In this document: positions 25,805-38,549 of the stretch, in pieces | How positions within the stretch are numbered: the stretch's first letter is position 1 | Layout of the letters: the number at the start of each line of letters is the position of its first letter | Origin: Puccinia triticina | Lineage: Eukaryota | DNA length: 64,000 bases | Direction: 5' to 3' | Assembly (NCBI GenBank): GCA_026914245.1 | Contig: CP110439.1 | Span: forward strand, 1,736,001-1,800,000 | The notes under the pieces: generated by a model | Told to the model about the DNA's origin: nothing | What the model saw: the letters and a program-made list of their open reading frames with translations, nothing else | Databases searched by the model: none | Program-made: the position numbers and the translations under genes

Positions 25805-27214
25805 CAAACTTAGCTAACTCCCTCAACCGGCCGAAGCGACCTTCCGAAGGAGCGACTTGCACCCAACCTTACAACACAGGAGGCAGCTGAAGTCTGTTAT
25901 TCACCTTCTATCATGTTTTGCTCCGTAAAAGCTATACTCGAGGCCAGTTGAGCTACCCCACAAGATGCACAAGCATGCCTCTGCTCTGCTCATATTTTAT
26001 TTTTATTTTTCGACACCCAACCCACATTTTTAAAAAGGGAGTTGAAAAATCGACTCCCAGGAATTAATAAATCAACTCCCAAAAGTTGAAAATTTGGGGC
26101 CATTTGGAGCACCTTAGATAAGGTTTCGGGGGTTTGCCTCAGTAGGAAATCCGCCAAATCTGCCCCTGGCTACACAGGGTCTCCCTGAGGAGTGCTAATG
26201 CCTTGAAGCTTAACATATGCTCTAAAGAGTGTATTCCTATAGCAGAAAGAATTTGGGGCCATTTGGAGCACCATAGATAAGGTTTGGGGGGTTTGCCTTA
26301 GTGGGAAATCCACCAAATCCGCCCCGGGGCTACACAGGGTCTCCCTGAGGATTACTAATGCCGTGAAGCTTAAAATATGTTCTAAAGAGTGCATATGTAT
26401 AGCAGAAAAAATTTGGGGCCATTTGGAGCACCATAGATAAGGGTTTGGGGGTTTGCCTCAGTAGGAAATCCGCCAAATCCGCCCCTGGCTACACAGGGTC
26501 TCCCTGAGGAGTACTAATGCCGTGAAGCTTGACATATGCTCTAAAGAGTGTATTTATATTGCTGTAAAAGGTTTAGGGGGTTTGGGTACAACAGTGACAA
26601 GATATTTTTTTTTTGTATATTCCATCATTTTTTGTTAAATTAATGTATTGACTCCCATCCTCAAGAGGGGAATTAATTAATCAACTCCCAAAATGCTTTT
26701 GGGGCCGCGCAAGGTCTTGAGGACCCAGGGGGGGCGTCCGGAGACGGTCCGCGCAACGTAAACGACTTTTGGAAGTCGATTTATTAATTCCTGGGAGTCG
26801 ATTTTTCAACTCCCTTTAAAAAAATGAAAGAACAGCTGCCAAATTTTGACAGATGTCCAAAGTGTACCAAACATATTCAAGTCCTTGTCCCCGCTGCGGC
26901 CGGGGGGCACCGCACCCAGGCATCAAGATCTCTCCCACAGGGAGGGGACTGACAATTTATCAGCATTTGGGGGCTGAGAGAATCTGCGGATGAGGTAGCC
27001 CCCCCCCCTACAGGCTACAGCCCACAGTGTTTGACAAGTCCATGTTTCATCTTCAGGATTTGAGAGTTGAAGCTTTCCAAACATTTGCCCATCCAAATGA
27101 GATTTCTGCTGCCTACTGTTTTGCAAGGTTGGGTGCAAGTCTCTCCTTTGGAGGGTTGCTTCAGGACAGCACTTGTGCGCCCCGGGCCCCAATCAAGGGA
27201 CTTAGCTAAGTTTG
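25805..27214. mobile_element. TIR element (CAAACTTAGCT termini, subterminal hairpins), 9-bp TSD, Mutator-like
   Basis: GGGTACTCA 25796-25804 versus GGCTACTCC 27215-27223. Lies ~95 bp after the C2H2 stop codon. Confidence 0.7.
26037..26814. mobile_element. Second GGGAGTTGAAAAA-ended element, 8-bp TSD, three 160-bp tandem units
   Basis: TTTAAAAA at 26029-26036 and 26815-26822. Units start at 26091, 26250 and 26410. Confidence 0.88.
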
Positions 27215-27339
27215 GGCTACTCCCCACCAAAATATCTATACATATTATACACATGCAAAGTTATAAAAATATGAGGAGGATCCTGTGGTGCATACAGGAT
27301 GGCAATGGCCTTTGTTTGTTTACATATCCTATGTATATG

Positions 27340-28017
27340 CTAACTTAACTAAGTCCCTCCTTGGGGGAGCAAAGCGACCTTCGAAGGAGGGACTTATGAC
27401 TTATGTCACACTTCTTGCCTGAGAGATTGGGGCTTTTGTGGCTTTTTATGCCATTTTTTCCTTTCTCCCTTCACACCAAAAAAACTAGGCAGCCTCTGCT
27501 GGAGCCCTGAAGGGTCAAGATAGCTGAACATCTTGGCTTTGTGTCCCTGTCCTCATGATGAGGATTGGATGCAGGGGCTGCAGTGGCCAAGGCCTCTTAA
27601 CCAGAGCATGGAGAGCTTGGTTCCTGTGTAATTGAATTGAGAAACCATACTGTTTTCCGTGGTCAGTTCAATCCGCACAGCATACAGCTCAAGGAACCTT
27701 GAAAATACATAACTTTGAAGGGTCATGGAGCAACAATGGTTGGACTTCCAGGAACATGTGTAGCGGCAAAAGATAGGGAAGAGGGAGACGAGTTTGATGA
27801 TCCAAAGCGCATGCCTGGGGCCCTTTGGGAACAGGGTCAAAAATTGAAAGGCACAAAATTGCCTGCAAAAACATTTGGTAGATCGGAATCTCTCAGGCCA
27901 AAATGTGGACATTAGTCCCAAGTCCCTCCTTTGGAGGTCGCGCTTCGCGCGAGGGCGCTTCGCGCCAGCCCAGGCTGCACCAGGGCCCTCCAAAGTGGGG
28001 GACTTGTGTTAAGTTAG
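27340..28017. mobile_element. TIR element (CTAACTTAAC termini, subterminal hairpins), perfect 9-bp TSD, Mutator-like
   Basis: ATGTATATG at 27331-27339 and 28018-28026. Confidence 0.82.
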
Positions 28018-29255
28018 ATGTATATGTACTTATGTATATGTATGTATGTATGTGTGTGTGCATGTGTGTATGTGTGTTGTCAATAAAATGGTGTATTATC
28101 ATGGGTATATCCGTTGGTATTATCCAATATCCTAATTATTGTCAAGGGTGGAGTGGAGGCCCAATTGTAAACAATAATTGAAATTTTATTTTAAATTGAT
28201 TGAAACTGTTTTGAAAACAGAATCTGTTTTTTTTTTGTTACAGATACAAGCCCAAATAATTTTCAAAAATGCCCTGATAAAAAGTAACAATTATAAACCT
28301 GCCACCACTCAGCAAGATTTAGGACAGCCGCTCTGCTTGCTGAAAAATGACCAGCTTGGCAACACAATTATATGGTTCAACACAAGGCCCAGGCGGCACC
28401 AAGGGCCAAACCCATACCCCAAAGGGCATTTAATTCTCCCTCAGGATTATTTTTGGAATGATGATCCAACAGCAGGACTGGAAGCCCTCCTTCTGGGACT
28501 GATTGATTCTCTGTCAGGTCTCTGGGTACTCTGAGACATGAACCTGTTTGCACATTTAATACACAGTTGGGATGCCTTGCTCAATTGGAGCGTTTCAGAA
28601 AGGCTGGGTTGTTTGCAGGTGAGCTGAACTGTTCCTAGGCTATGTACATGTGTTGTGTGAGCTGCAGGGTCAGGTTGACTCTTGCCAAAACAACACAGTG
28701 GCTCAGCTTGCACCCTCAGAGTGACCCTGGAGCAGAGCAACCAGTTTTTTGAAGGGCTGGTTGGGGTTGATTACATATGTATGTATGTATTTATGGGGGT
28801 ATGGCAGCTGGTTGGAAATGGATACATATGGAGTGACCGCTTGGCTACCAATTTGGCACCATACTACACCGCACCCAGCACCACAGTACTTAAGGCAGTT
28901 GTACTTTGCGCCTTTTCTCAGCTAACATTTGTAGGCTGAGAAACAGCAGCTGGAATATATATATATAGAGAGAGAGAGAATGAGGACAGGCATAGACAAT
29001 CTGTTGTGGTGGTTTTGTAGGCAAGCGGCATAGAATTTCCACTCACCGCAGCACAGGCAAAAATTCAGTGGGGCAGCTGAGCATATGCTCAATTGACATA
29101 TCCAAACAGACTATAAGCAGGTGTACTTATGTGTTCCATATGTATACTGAGGAAACCTTGAATGTACTACTTACAAAAGCATGTGGAAATTTGGTAAACA
29201 GGAAAAGCTGCGGGAGCAGGGACTCAACATGGGTGTGAGGGAACCAGGGTTCAAG

Positions 29256-32200
29256 TAAAGGTGTAACCCGGGGTTTGGGACAGGGGGTCACTCCCATCCC
29301 GAGGCCCGTATCCGGGTTCATCCGGGTGTAGACCAAACCACCCAAGATCCCATTGAGATTGTTTTTACAGGAATTACTAGTTCTTGTAGCAACTTGTGCA
29401 GACAGACCTAATTTAGTAGAGGCACTAGGTTCAAATGGAAATGAAGTGCCATGAAAATTTCCCTGAAACTTGAAAGCTAGCTGGGTGTTGTGGTGGCCAA
29501 TCTGGTAGTCAAGATCAGATCAGTTTTCAGTCTCAGCCTCACTGGCACAATCCTCAAGATCCCATCCTCAAGATCCAAACATCAAGATTCTCTCAGAATC
29601 TTGCTCCCTTTTCCTCACTCTCATCTTCACTTCCCTTCCCTTCCCCCCCCCCCCCCCCCCCCCTCATCTTTTCTCTTTCTTGGTCCTAACACAGAACTAC
29701 CTGTGGATTTATTCCTAGTTGTTTGTCTTTTCTGTTTTTGTTTCTTCCTTGTCTTCCTCAGCCATGTCCATTTCCATTCTTCCTGGTTCCTTTCTCATCT
29801 TCTTAAGTTGTGGTCCTCATTGGTTTCATGTTTTCAGCTCTTGGTTTTATTTCTCTTCCTTTTTCTTCTTTGTGTTTTCTTTTTCTTTTCTATCTCTCTG
29901 TTGTCTGTGGTGTGTGCGCGCGAACTACACTACTAATAATGTAGAAGAGGCTACTCTGGTGCTGCTGAGGCTGCCCTCTTGACTAATGCTGATGGAGAGA
30001 GGGTTACACAAAGAAAAAGAAAAGGGTGTGGCTGGCGATTCTCTTTGAATTAGATGGCTTTAAAACTTTATGAGTTTGAGGTGTATCAATCCTACTGAGG
30101 GAGAGAGGAGAATAGAGATGGGGGAAAATCAGAAGCTCTTTGAGAGTCACTCTGAGATGGGTAATGAGATATATGCTGGGAGATATATTTCAGAGGGTGA
30201 TGAAAGGGTATCTAAAAGTGATGTAAAGGGTACTACTGAGTGTATGTGGGGGGAAGGTGCATACAAAGAGTAGTGGGTGAAAGTGCATATAAAGGGGGTG
30301 TAAAAGGTGCTACAGATGGGATGTAGTAGAAAGTGCATGATGGGGATACAACATCTAGAGGGGTGTTTATATATGTGAGAAGTACTACAGGTGGGTGATA
30401 CATGATGAGCACATAGTAAAAATATCTGAAGATGAGCAGTAATGATGAAGGTGCAATGACCAAGGAGTGTACATGAAAGGTAACTATGTAGAAGATGAAA
30501 TAATGATGAGCATTTGGTAATAACTACAAGAGCTATGAAGGAATGTACTGCTGATTCATATAAAGGGGAAAATGAGTAATGAAGTTATGTAAGATCTGCA
30601 GTCCTATGTAGCTATGATACTAATGAATGATGTATGTAATAATGCTAAGGATATGTATGAAGAAAATACCTGCCAAAACTATACATGCCAATAACTTCTG
30701 ATCCATTTGGAAATCCTAGGTGAAATGAGTGGGTGACTAGGGGTAAAATGGGGTGTAGAATCTGAATATGAAGTAATAATGAAGTATTTATGAAGAGTTT
30801 AGGTAATATGAGAGTGATCGTGTGAACAGGAACAGGGTTACCACAACGGGGGCCCTTTTGAGGAGGAGAGAGAAGCTAGACCTGGATGCAATTGACAGCT
30901 CTGTTTATGAAGCTTAGGGTAAAAAACCCCTCAAAATAAGAGTTTTGAGCCCTAGCACTATAGTTGTGCTGATGTAAACACTGGTAATATAAGTTAACAA
31001 GCTTGTTACGTGGCAAAAATGGCCACTACAAGGGTTTAAACACTCTGTAACAGAGGAAGGATTAATTATGTAATTATTAATTACAGGAAATTAATTTGGT
31101 GTGAAAGTAGGTGGTAAGCGCTTAAACTGATTGGCTGCTTGACAGAGGCGGAGGTCTTACAGCAACTACTTATAAGGATAAAGCTTTAAATATGCTAATA
31201 AGGGATTTTTGATAATTTAAAGGGTTTAATCCAGTGGATTTTGCATGCTGGGGATGGTTTAAAGGGAAAAAGGGGCTACAGTAGTAGCAGAGGAGAATAT
31301 TCACGGCAACTTACAGTGTTGATGGCAGTGAATGGTCTGGGGGATCTTTTCCTGAGGGCCAAATAGGCCTCTATTTATAGAGGGGACTTTGGGGAGCGCA
31401 ATCACTAAGTCCTTTTCTCCCTGTGGGAGTATCCTGGGGGGTAGACGTGAACAAGGCTTGGCTGTGGGCAATTTAATTGTATTATAATAGGCTAATTTCC
31501 CTGACTCTGTCAGATGACATATTTATAACCAATTTTCATGTGAAAGAGCTTCAGTAGAAGTCCACATAATGCTTTCACGGGGTATTTTTACACAAGTAAT
31601 ATTACTCTTTAATGTACAATAGTTTATTTTTATGTACTTTGTTTATTTTACTAATTTTTTGTATGTAATACCTTTTTTGGGCGCTTTCTGGGGCCAATTC
31701 TTAATTATACAATTATTACATGAAGGAATAGGAATAAGGGGTTACTTTGAGTGAGTGACCCCCCTTAATTTATGATGAGGAATCTGATTCTGCAATAATA
31801 ATTCAATAATTATTATTATTGACTAAGTTATTGCAGTCTTTTGGATACTTGGTGTATCTCTAAGGCTGACAGCAATGGCTGAGGAGGATGTTTTTGAGAC
31901 AGGAGATTTTGGAGGAGAGGGCCGAGTTACCGTTGGCCATCTAGACAACAAACTCAGCTGTGCGTTTGAGGATGACGGACTTATTGGTGCCAGTCTTGAT
32001 CTTGCCTCTTCTTCCGCGGCCGCCAGTCTTAGGCTTCTTGGTGTTGTTCTACCCGGACATTGGTGTGGCTGAGTAGGCAGGTTGGGCGTGGCAATGGAGA
32101 TGCCCGACTGGGATTCCCCGGCTTAAAGGATCTCCACCAGGCTTCCAAAGCCGCCTTGGATCACATTCTTTGGACACAATACGGGTTGCTTTGACCGGCT

Positions 32201-32592
32201 TGGCGGCCAACACATTGGGTCTGTCTCTGCCAAAGGAGGAGGATCATGGGGCCGGTAGTGTTGGATGGGAAGACGGGTGAAGGGTGCTGCTCTGGTGGTG
32301 GGGGGGGGGGGGGCGGGATGTGGGTAGGGCTGCTGGATAGGATACTGGCCGGCCCGCCAGGCCACTTGCCAACAGATGGCTCAGGATTGATGCGGGTCCA
32401 GGAATGCATCTTGACGTGTGGCTTGGCCTCTAGGTGAGGAAAGTGTGCTTGTTGCTTGCTCTCAACCATCCAATATGTGCTGCACAACCACCCGGGTGTT
32501 TGGGTGGTCTCAGAGACTCAACCTGTGGACCAACACCCGGGTGGTACCACCCGTGAAAACACCTGGGGTGCGGGATTTGGGTTACAGCTTTA
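29256..32592 (+). mobile_element. Non-autonomous hAT element with nested insertions
   Basis: TIR TAAAG(G/C)TGTAACCC. Perfect 8-bp TSD GGTTCAAG at 29248-29255 and 32593-32600. Subterminal ACCCGGGT motifs; same family as 33915-38094 in the opposite orientation. Confidence 0.85.
29489..29932 (+). mobile_element. Gypsy LTR fragment related to the LTR at 62506
   Basis: Shares the TGTGGTGG..AAT.TGGT.GTCAAG start, TCAAGAT repeats, CTTGGTCCTAACA, the CT-rich tract and GTGTGTGCGCGCG with 62506-62840. Confidence 0.7.
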
Positions 32593-34179
32593 GGTTCAAG
32601 CCACTTTCTGGACATGCAGACTTATCAGCTCTGTTGGAGTAGGACTGCGGCGTGACTTCTGGGCAGACTAAATAGTGTGTACCAGCACCAGGTGAGCTGG
32701 GGCAGCGGTGTAAGACTTAAAAGTGGTTGTGAAAGCCTTTTGCTGAATGGAGAAGGGAATGATGGAGGTGCAAACTCTGCCCTTCTATACTATCAGATAA
32801 CAAGACCCACCAAGCTAAGCTTGGCAATTTTTAATCAAGTGATAGGTCTGGTCTAGTTCCAGATGAAGCTGTTTGATGACAGGTGTGTAAAAGATGTGAG
32901 GGTTGATGATGATGGAAAAGGGTGAGAGTTGACTTGATTTTTCCAGTGGGGGTTGAACACAGGTCCTCAAGAGGGTGATATATAGATTTGAGAAGAGTGC
33001 CTAGGCTCTAGGCTGAGAAGGGTATATGTCTCAGTTGGGAGTTGAACTAGGAACCGGGTAACTTGTGACAGGTACGTGATATGCCAAACAAGAGATATGA
33101 GAGTATGAGAATATGAGAGTGAGCTCAGTGGTTATTGCAGATATGAGGGATGATATGGTATGTTATAAGGGTTGTTATAAAATGTAAGGATGATGATAAT
33201 GACAGATGCATGGTATCTGTATAACTGGTGGGTACTGAACTGAGGAAAAACCACTGGGGGGGAGAGAGCTCCTTATATAGACAAATTCGAGGAATTTTAG
33301 CTACAAGGGGGACCTTGGATGAGGGATTTTAGCTGGTGGGCTGCGTACAAGTGGTGTCAGAAGATACTCAATACAGGCAAAACGTGGGGTGAGAAATGTC
33401 AGATGATGTCATACTAATGCAAGGAGTGCATAAACAAAGCGGGGAAATGTCAAATACAGGGGTACCTCATGCAAGGGGTGCATGAGTGGTGTCAGACTAA
33501 TGCAAGGAGTGCAGAAATGGGGTCAGAAGACTGCATGCAGCTGCAAGGGGTGCATAAAGTAGGCGGGGACATGTCAAATATAGAAGAAATGGGGTTGGTC
33601 CCCTGCATATGCAGTGGAGATAAGTGGGATAGAGAAGAGTATGTGTTTGGCTGGGTCTGAGTATGTGAATACCTGGGAAAGGTGACTTGAGGGGTGTGAC
33701 AGGTTAATGACTGAGGCTGGCCATGTCCATGAGGGTGTTACTTCCAATCCAGCGGGGTTCCAGTGACGCTTCCAGTGGTGACTAGGTGTAAAATTGGCTG
33801 TAGAGTTAATTAGGGGGTATCTTGAGGCCTAGGGTGAGTAAATATATGTTATAGCAAAAAACTTTTGATTTTTCACTTTTCCGTCTACCACAGCGGAAGC
33901 AGATGACGTCGAGGTAAAGGTGTAACCCAAAACCCGTGCCCTGGGTGTTTTCACAGGTGTTGGTCCATGGGATGAGCATTTGGAACCACCCAAACACCCA
34001 GGTGGTTATGCAAATACGTTGGGGGAGGAAAAGGCTTGTATTGCCTGTCTTTTGAGGTCTACTTAGAGCTTATACTGCGGTATTGTCTCCTATCTAGTGT
34101 ATTTAGTATTTACAAGTTATAACTTTAAATTGCATTGAGTTCAGTGACTACTGGGTGCTGGGCTGTCAAGTGAGGCAGG

Positions 34180-35541
34180 TAGAGATGGCCCCTATGAACC
34201 CGGGTACCTGTTTGGATGCAGGTACCCGCCAGCCTTTTTGCCAAATGTTTGACACCCACACCGCCTGGGGCAGTTGGAGCGGGTACTGGCAGGTACCTGC
34301 CCCTCAAAATCAACCAGAAGGAATATTCCATCCAGTCAAAGAGGTTGCAAAACCTCTTTGACTGGAAGGCCTTCAAAGAGGTTACAAAACCTCTTTGACT
34401 GGAAAGGCCTTCCAGTCAAAGAGGCTCTGTAACCCCTCCGACTGGAAGGAATCCTTCCGGTGTGTTGATTTATATAGGCGAGCGTGGTAGAATGTCCACT
34501 TGGGGATAGCGTGGGCGGGAATGCACAGAGCGGCTCAGGCAGAGTGCATTCTGGTGACATAAGCACTGAGGATGATGTCAGGAAAGCACGCTAAGAAAGC
34601 TTACGGAAATTCACGCACGGATTTTGGATTGGGTATTTGGATTGGAGCGGAAAAGACAGGGCTGGACTGCGGCGGATTACACACATGGACTGGTAGCAGC
34701 AGCGCATCAGCGGGTGAGCCACGACAGCCAAAGCGGGTTCTACCAGCGGGTGGAACCGGGGTGGAGGCGGTGACAAGAGACCGACTGGCGGGGGCTAGAC
34801 AGAGGACGGTGAGAGATCAAGCGTCGGAGAGGAGCGGATTCTGGGAAAGTGACATGCGGAATAGTGGGCGGAGCTGGGGGACTAGTGCGGGAAAGTGTCA
34901 GACGTGCGGGATAAGGTGGGAATGGCAATGTGCGTGGAGGGAAGGACGGGAAAAGGGGGCTCAGGGATTTCTCTTCTTACCTTATCCTATTATCCGATTA
35001 TCATTATTACAGATTGATTCATTATAGTACTTACACAGACAAATACACTAGAGTTATTAGGAGATTATGTATTTGTGACCTTATCTTTACTTTCAAGAGT
35101 ACTTGCGGATTCTGTGCTTACAGAGTGCGGAGCTTTATTCACTTGCGGATTATTACGCTATAGATCAGGCTCAGAGAGGAGCGCTGAAGGCTAGCGGATA
35201 GTAGCAGTGCGGAGCCGAGTTACCGACAATCACACAGCCCGGACACTAATATTCTTGAAGGAGGCGGTCAGCAGACAGTTCCACCGACTAACCAGCTTTC
35301 ATTCTCACACCGGTCGAAGGGGTTACAGAACCTCTTTGACGAGAAGGAAGGCCTTCCCAGTCCTTCCGGTCGTCTTGGCAGCCGCCACCTGCCCAAACAA
35401 GAGCGGGTACCCACTCAATTTCTCCCAGAAATCCAGCATCCGCACCCAAACACGCACACGCTGGCGGGTACCCGCCCATGGTCGGCGGGTACCCGCCAGC
35501 AGATAGCAGGTACCCGCAACGGGTTCGTCGGGGCCATCTCT
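34180..35541. mobile_element. hAT-type MITE (TIR TAGAGATGGCCC) nested in the hAT element
   Basis: 8-bp TSD GAGGCAGG 34172-34179 / GAGGCAGA 35542-35549. GGGTACCCG subterminal motifs. Confidence 0.85.
34461..35309 (+). mobile_element. Solo LTR (849 bp) nested in the MITE
   Basis: TGTG...CACA ends; 4-bp TSD CCGG at 34457-34460 and 35310-35313. The MITE palindrome resumes on both sides. Confidence 0.75.
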
Positions 35542-35570
35542 AGAGGCAGATGATGAAATGAATGAATAAA

Positions 35571-37924
35571 TTAAACAAACCCATTGAAGGACTGGTACCA
35601 GTCTTTCATACACAGAAGCTGTTCAATGGTTCTGGGGCCAAGTGACGAGCGCAACCAAGAACAGACCCGCTGGCCTTTGGAAAATACCCTCTCCGAAAAA
35701 GCACTCGTTGTGGGAATAGCTAGGTAACTGTTGTGACACTGGTGTATATCTCGACTCCAACACCTGTCACAGGTATTTGTACATAGTACTTAGTCTATTT
35801 TCATCTCACTGATTGCAAGTATTGATTTCTCCATTCTGGCCAAGATGGGGAGTGATTGCTGTCGACTTCGCCAGTAATCAAGAACATTTGTTCCTTTTGG
35901 CTTGGGATCTTCTATGAGATACCGCTTGATCTTGGCATCAATTGTGTTGACCGGACCGGTAGGTTCATAGAACTTGGAATCAAAGAAATTTATCTTGCTT
36001 CCCCTGTCTGGAGCTTTGCTAGGCTGGATAGTTTGATTTTTGACGGGAGGGTCTTTCTGGTACTTGGTATTGAACTCTTTGGCAGTATCCAAGAAAGTTG
36101 GAGGACTTCCTCAACTGAGATCTTGTAGTGTTTATTGATGAAGTTGGAATGTTTTTTCCTGAACATAAGCTTGAAAGTTGGGTCAAGGATCATCACACAG
36201 AAGTAGGCTTGTTTGGTGAGTGCGTTGCAAACATAAAAATCAATTTTCTTTATCACTTTGTTGGCAAGTTTGATGAGTTGAGACTGGTCATAAAGACCTT
36301 GTTTAAGAAGGTGGAGATGTTTCATCAGCACCATGTATACCGGTAACGCAGTGTTCAAAGTTGGATACTTTGATCCGCAGAGCTTTTTGGTTGTATTGCT
36401 AAGAGGTGCAAGGAACTTCATGAACTTTTGGGCTTGATCCCATTCAGCAGATGTCAGAAGGTACAAGATAACTTCCCTGTTAGTTTTGCAGAAGTGGTCG
36501 CATGAGTTCTGGAGAATGATTGCTTGTTCAAACATTTTGAAAGTTGAGTTCCACCTTGTAGCCACATCAATCTCAAGACAGTCAAATTTTGCACCATTTT
36601 TGTGAAGCTCTGGTTGTATAAACTTAAAAACTTCTCAAAACCATTCACATTGTTGCAGAGAGAAGCGGACAAAGTTACACATCCCATGGATTCACTTGAG
36701 TATGGTTTTCATATTGATGCCAATTCCATTGGGTCGAGTGGTCAAATTGGTGATCCTCATGACTGAATGAGCTGGTTGCTGTCCCTCAGGTTCTAAGTTC
36801 TCCAACTCTTTGGTGTCCTTGTCCTCAAGGCCAGTTCCTAGGACCTTTAATCCTTCCTGAGCTCCAAGATTAATCACGTGTGCAATACATCCAAGGAGCT
36901 GCTTCTTAGTGTTGAAGCCCGGAAATTGAAGCTTGAGATCTTCCATCTTCTTGTTTGTCGTTTCATTGTCAGCTGTGATGGTGTGTATCTTTTTGGTACA
37001 CTCGTATTTCTTGACAGCTTCATAGAATAATTCAGCAAACGTCTTTCCACTATGACTGCCTAGAAACAAAAAAAATTATTAAACCATAACCAACCAGAAA
37101 AAATAACTTGAAAACACAACATGCCTTGCACATTGGGAATTGCAATGGTTATATCTACCATCTAGCTCTCATTGATGAAGTGTGCCGTTATCACCATGTA
37201 GGCAGTGTAATTTGGGGCTGTCCAAGCATCCTTGGTAAAAAAAAGATAACCCTGTTTTGCTATGTATCACATCTTGATGTTCTCCTGTTATGCCATATGC
37301 ATCCAAGAGAGATGGTTTGAAATCCCAGTGCGGCAGGTGTTGTCCATCAAGGGCATTGCCTCTTCATTCACAAGCCGCATAAGATTGTGGAACGACTTCT
37401 TTTCAAAAATAGAAAAAGAAAGATCACAATCTGCAATAAAGTACACCAAGGAAGTTTGAAGGGTTTCGTTTTTCAGCTCAACCTATAAAAATACAATTAG
37501 CCACTCAAAATTCATGTGTTGACAAAATCTATTGGTAACTTACTTTTGGCACAAAATTTGAGTTCTTGCACCATTTCTCCAGATCTATCTGTGAGTTCCC
37601 AGCTTTTTTCACAAGCTTCAGGTTGGCGAGACAATGGATTTTCTTCAGATGCTTGTGGAAATTCTTGGTGCTGTCACTTTTATCCCTCTTCAACTTAGAA
37701 CCGCATATCTTGCTGTTCTTGGGGATAACCTGACAGATAGCAATGTTGCCCTCAACTTTCAGATGATTCCAAACCCAGCTACGGCGTACATTATTTGTTT
37801 TTGATATGTCACTGTTGCTTCCTGTTTTTCTGTTGTCCTCAACTTCAATGACGGACCTTGGTGTTGGATCCAGCGCAATTGAACTATTCCCGCGGCTTCT
37901 GTTGGTGTTTCTCTTTCTCTTCAT
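35571..37924 (-). pseudogene. hAT transposase pseudogene (BED finger, DDE, dimerisation domain)
   Basis: SWVWNH..C..C..STKNFHKHLKKIH; DAWTAP; ITADN; CIAHVINL; TRWNST; VLDYW..; LAIPTTSAFSERVFS. Two introns, plus frameshifts and stops. Confidence 0.92.
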
Positions 37925-38094
37925 GTTGGTTATTTGGAGGTTTCAAAAGATGATGCCACCAGAATTGGGTTGGCGGTTGCAACTGACAAAAAAAACCTAA
38001 GCACCCGGGTGGTTTGGTGTCCACCCGGGTGAATTTGGATCTGGGTGTTGGGATAAGTATGACCACCCGTCCCAAACCCCCGGTTACACCTTTA

Positions 38095-38549
38095 CGTTGG
38101 GGCAGAAGCGCCAGGTAGAGAATGGGGTTGGAGGATAGTCAGAGGGTGTGGGAGAAAAGGTGTCAGTGAGGTACTAGGCTGGGAGGCAATGCATGCGGAG
38201 TTATGAAGAGTGCATGAAATAAGGATGCAGGCAACATTGGCTGGGATTGGAGTTATGGAGGCGGAGGGAGTGGAGGAAAAGGATTTTTGAGGAGGCTTTT
38301 CTCTCACTCACATATTCTATGTACTATAAAGCTTACAGATCATTGAGTTACTACTATTCTTGCTCTTACTTTTGTGTATTACTAAATTGTGGAGAGTTTT
38401 TACCACCCAAATTGTACTTACTTGTGGAGTTTTACTGTGCAGATGCGGAGCTGTTGGACCTTACGTAGACCAGGCGGATCATATCAGACTCATTGCGGGG
38501 CGCTGAAGAGATACATACATTGCGGAAGAATAGTGCCAGTAACCATTCA
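38095..38549 (+). mobile_element. LTR-like remnant flanking (probably split by) the hAT element
   Basis: Same organisation as the 3' half of the 34461 LTR: purine-rich tract, T-rich TATA region, GCGCTGAAG. Confidence 0.4.

Larger units (their letters stand above)
33915..38094 (-). mobile_element. hAT DNA transposon, formerly autonomous
   Basis: TIR TAAAGGTGTAACC at both ends. Degenerate 8-bp TSD CGTCGAGG/CGTTGGGG. Contains a transposase pseudogene. Confidence 0.88.

Noticed and set aside
27920..28017. Helitron 3' end (hairpin plus TTAG)
   Set aside because: It pairs with an inverted end at 27340 and has a 9-bp TSD, so it is a TIR element.
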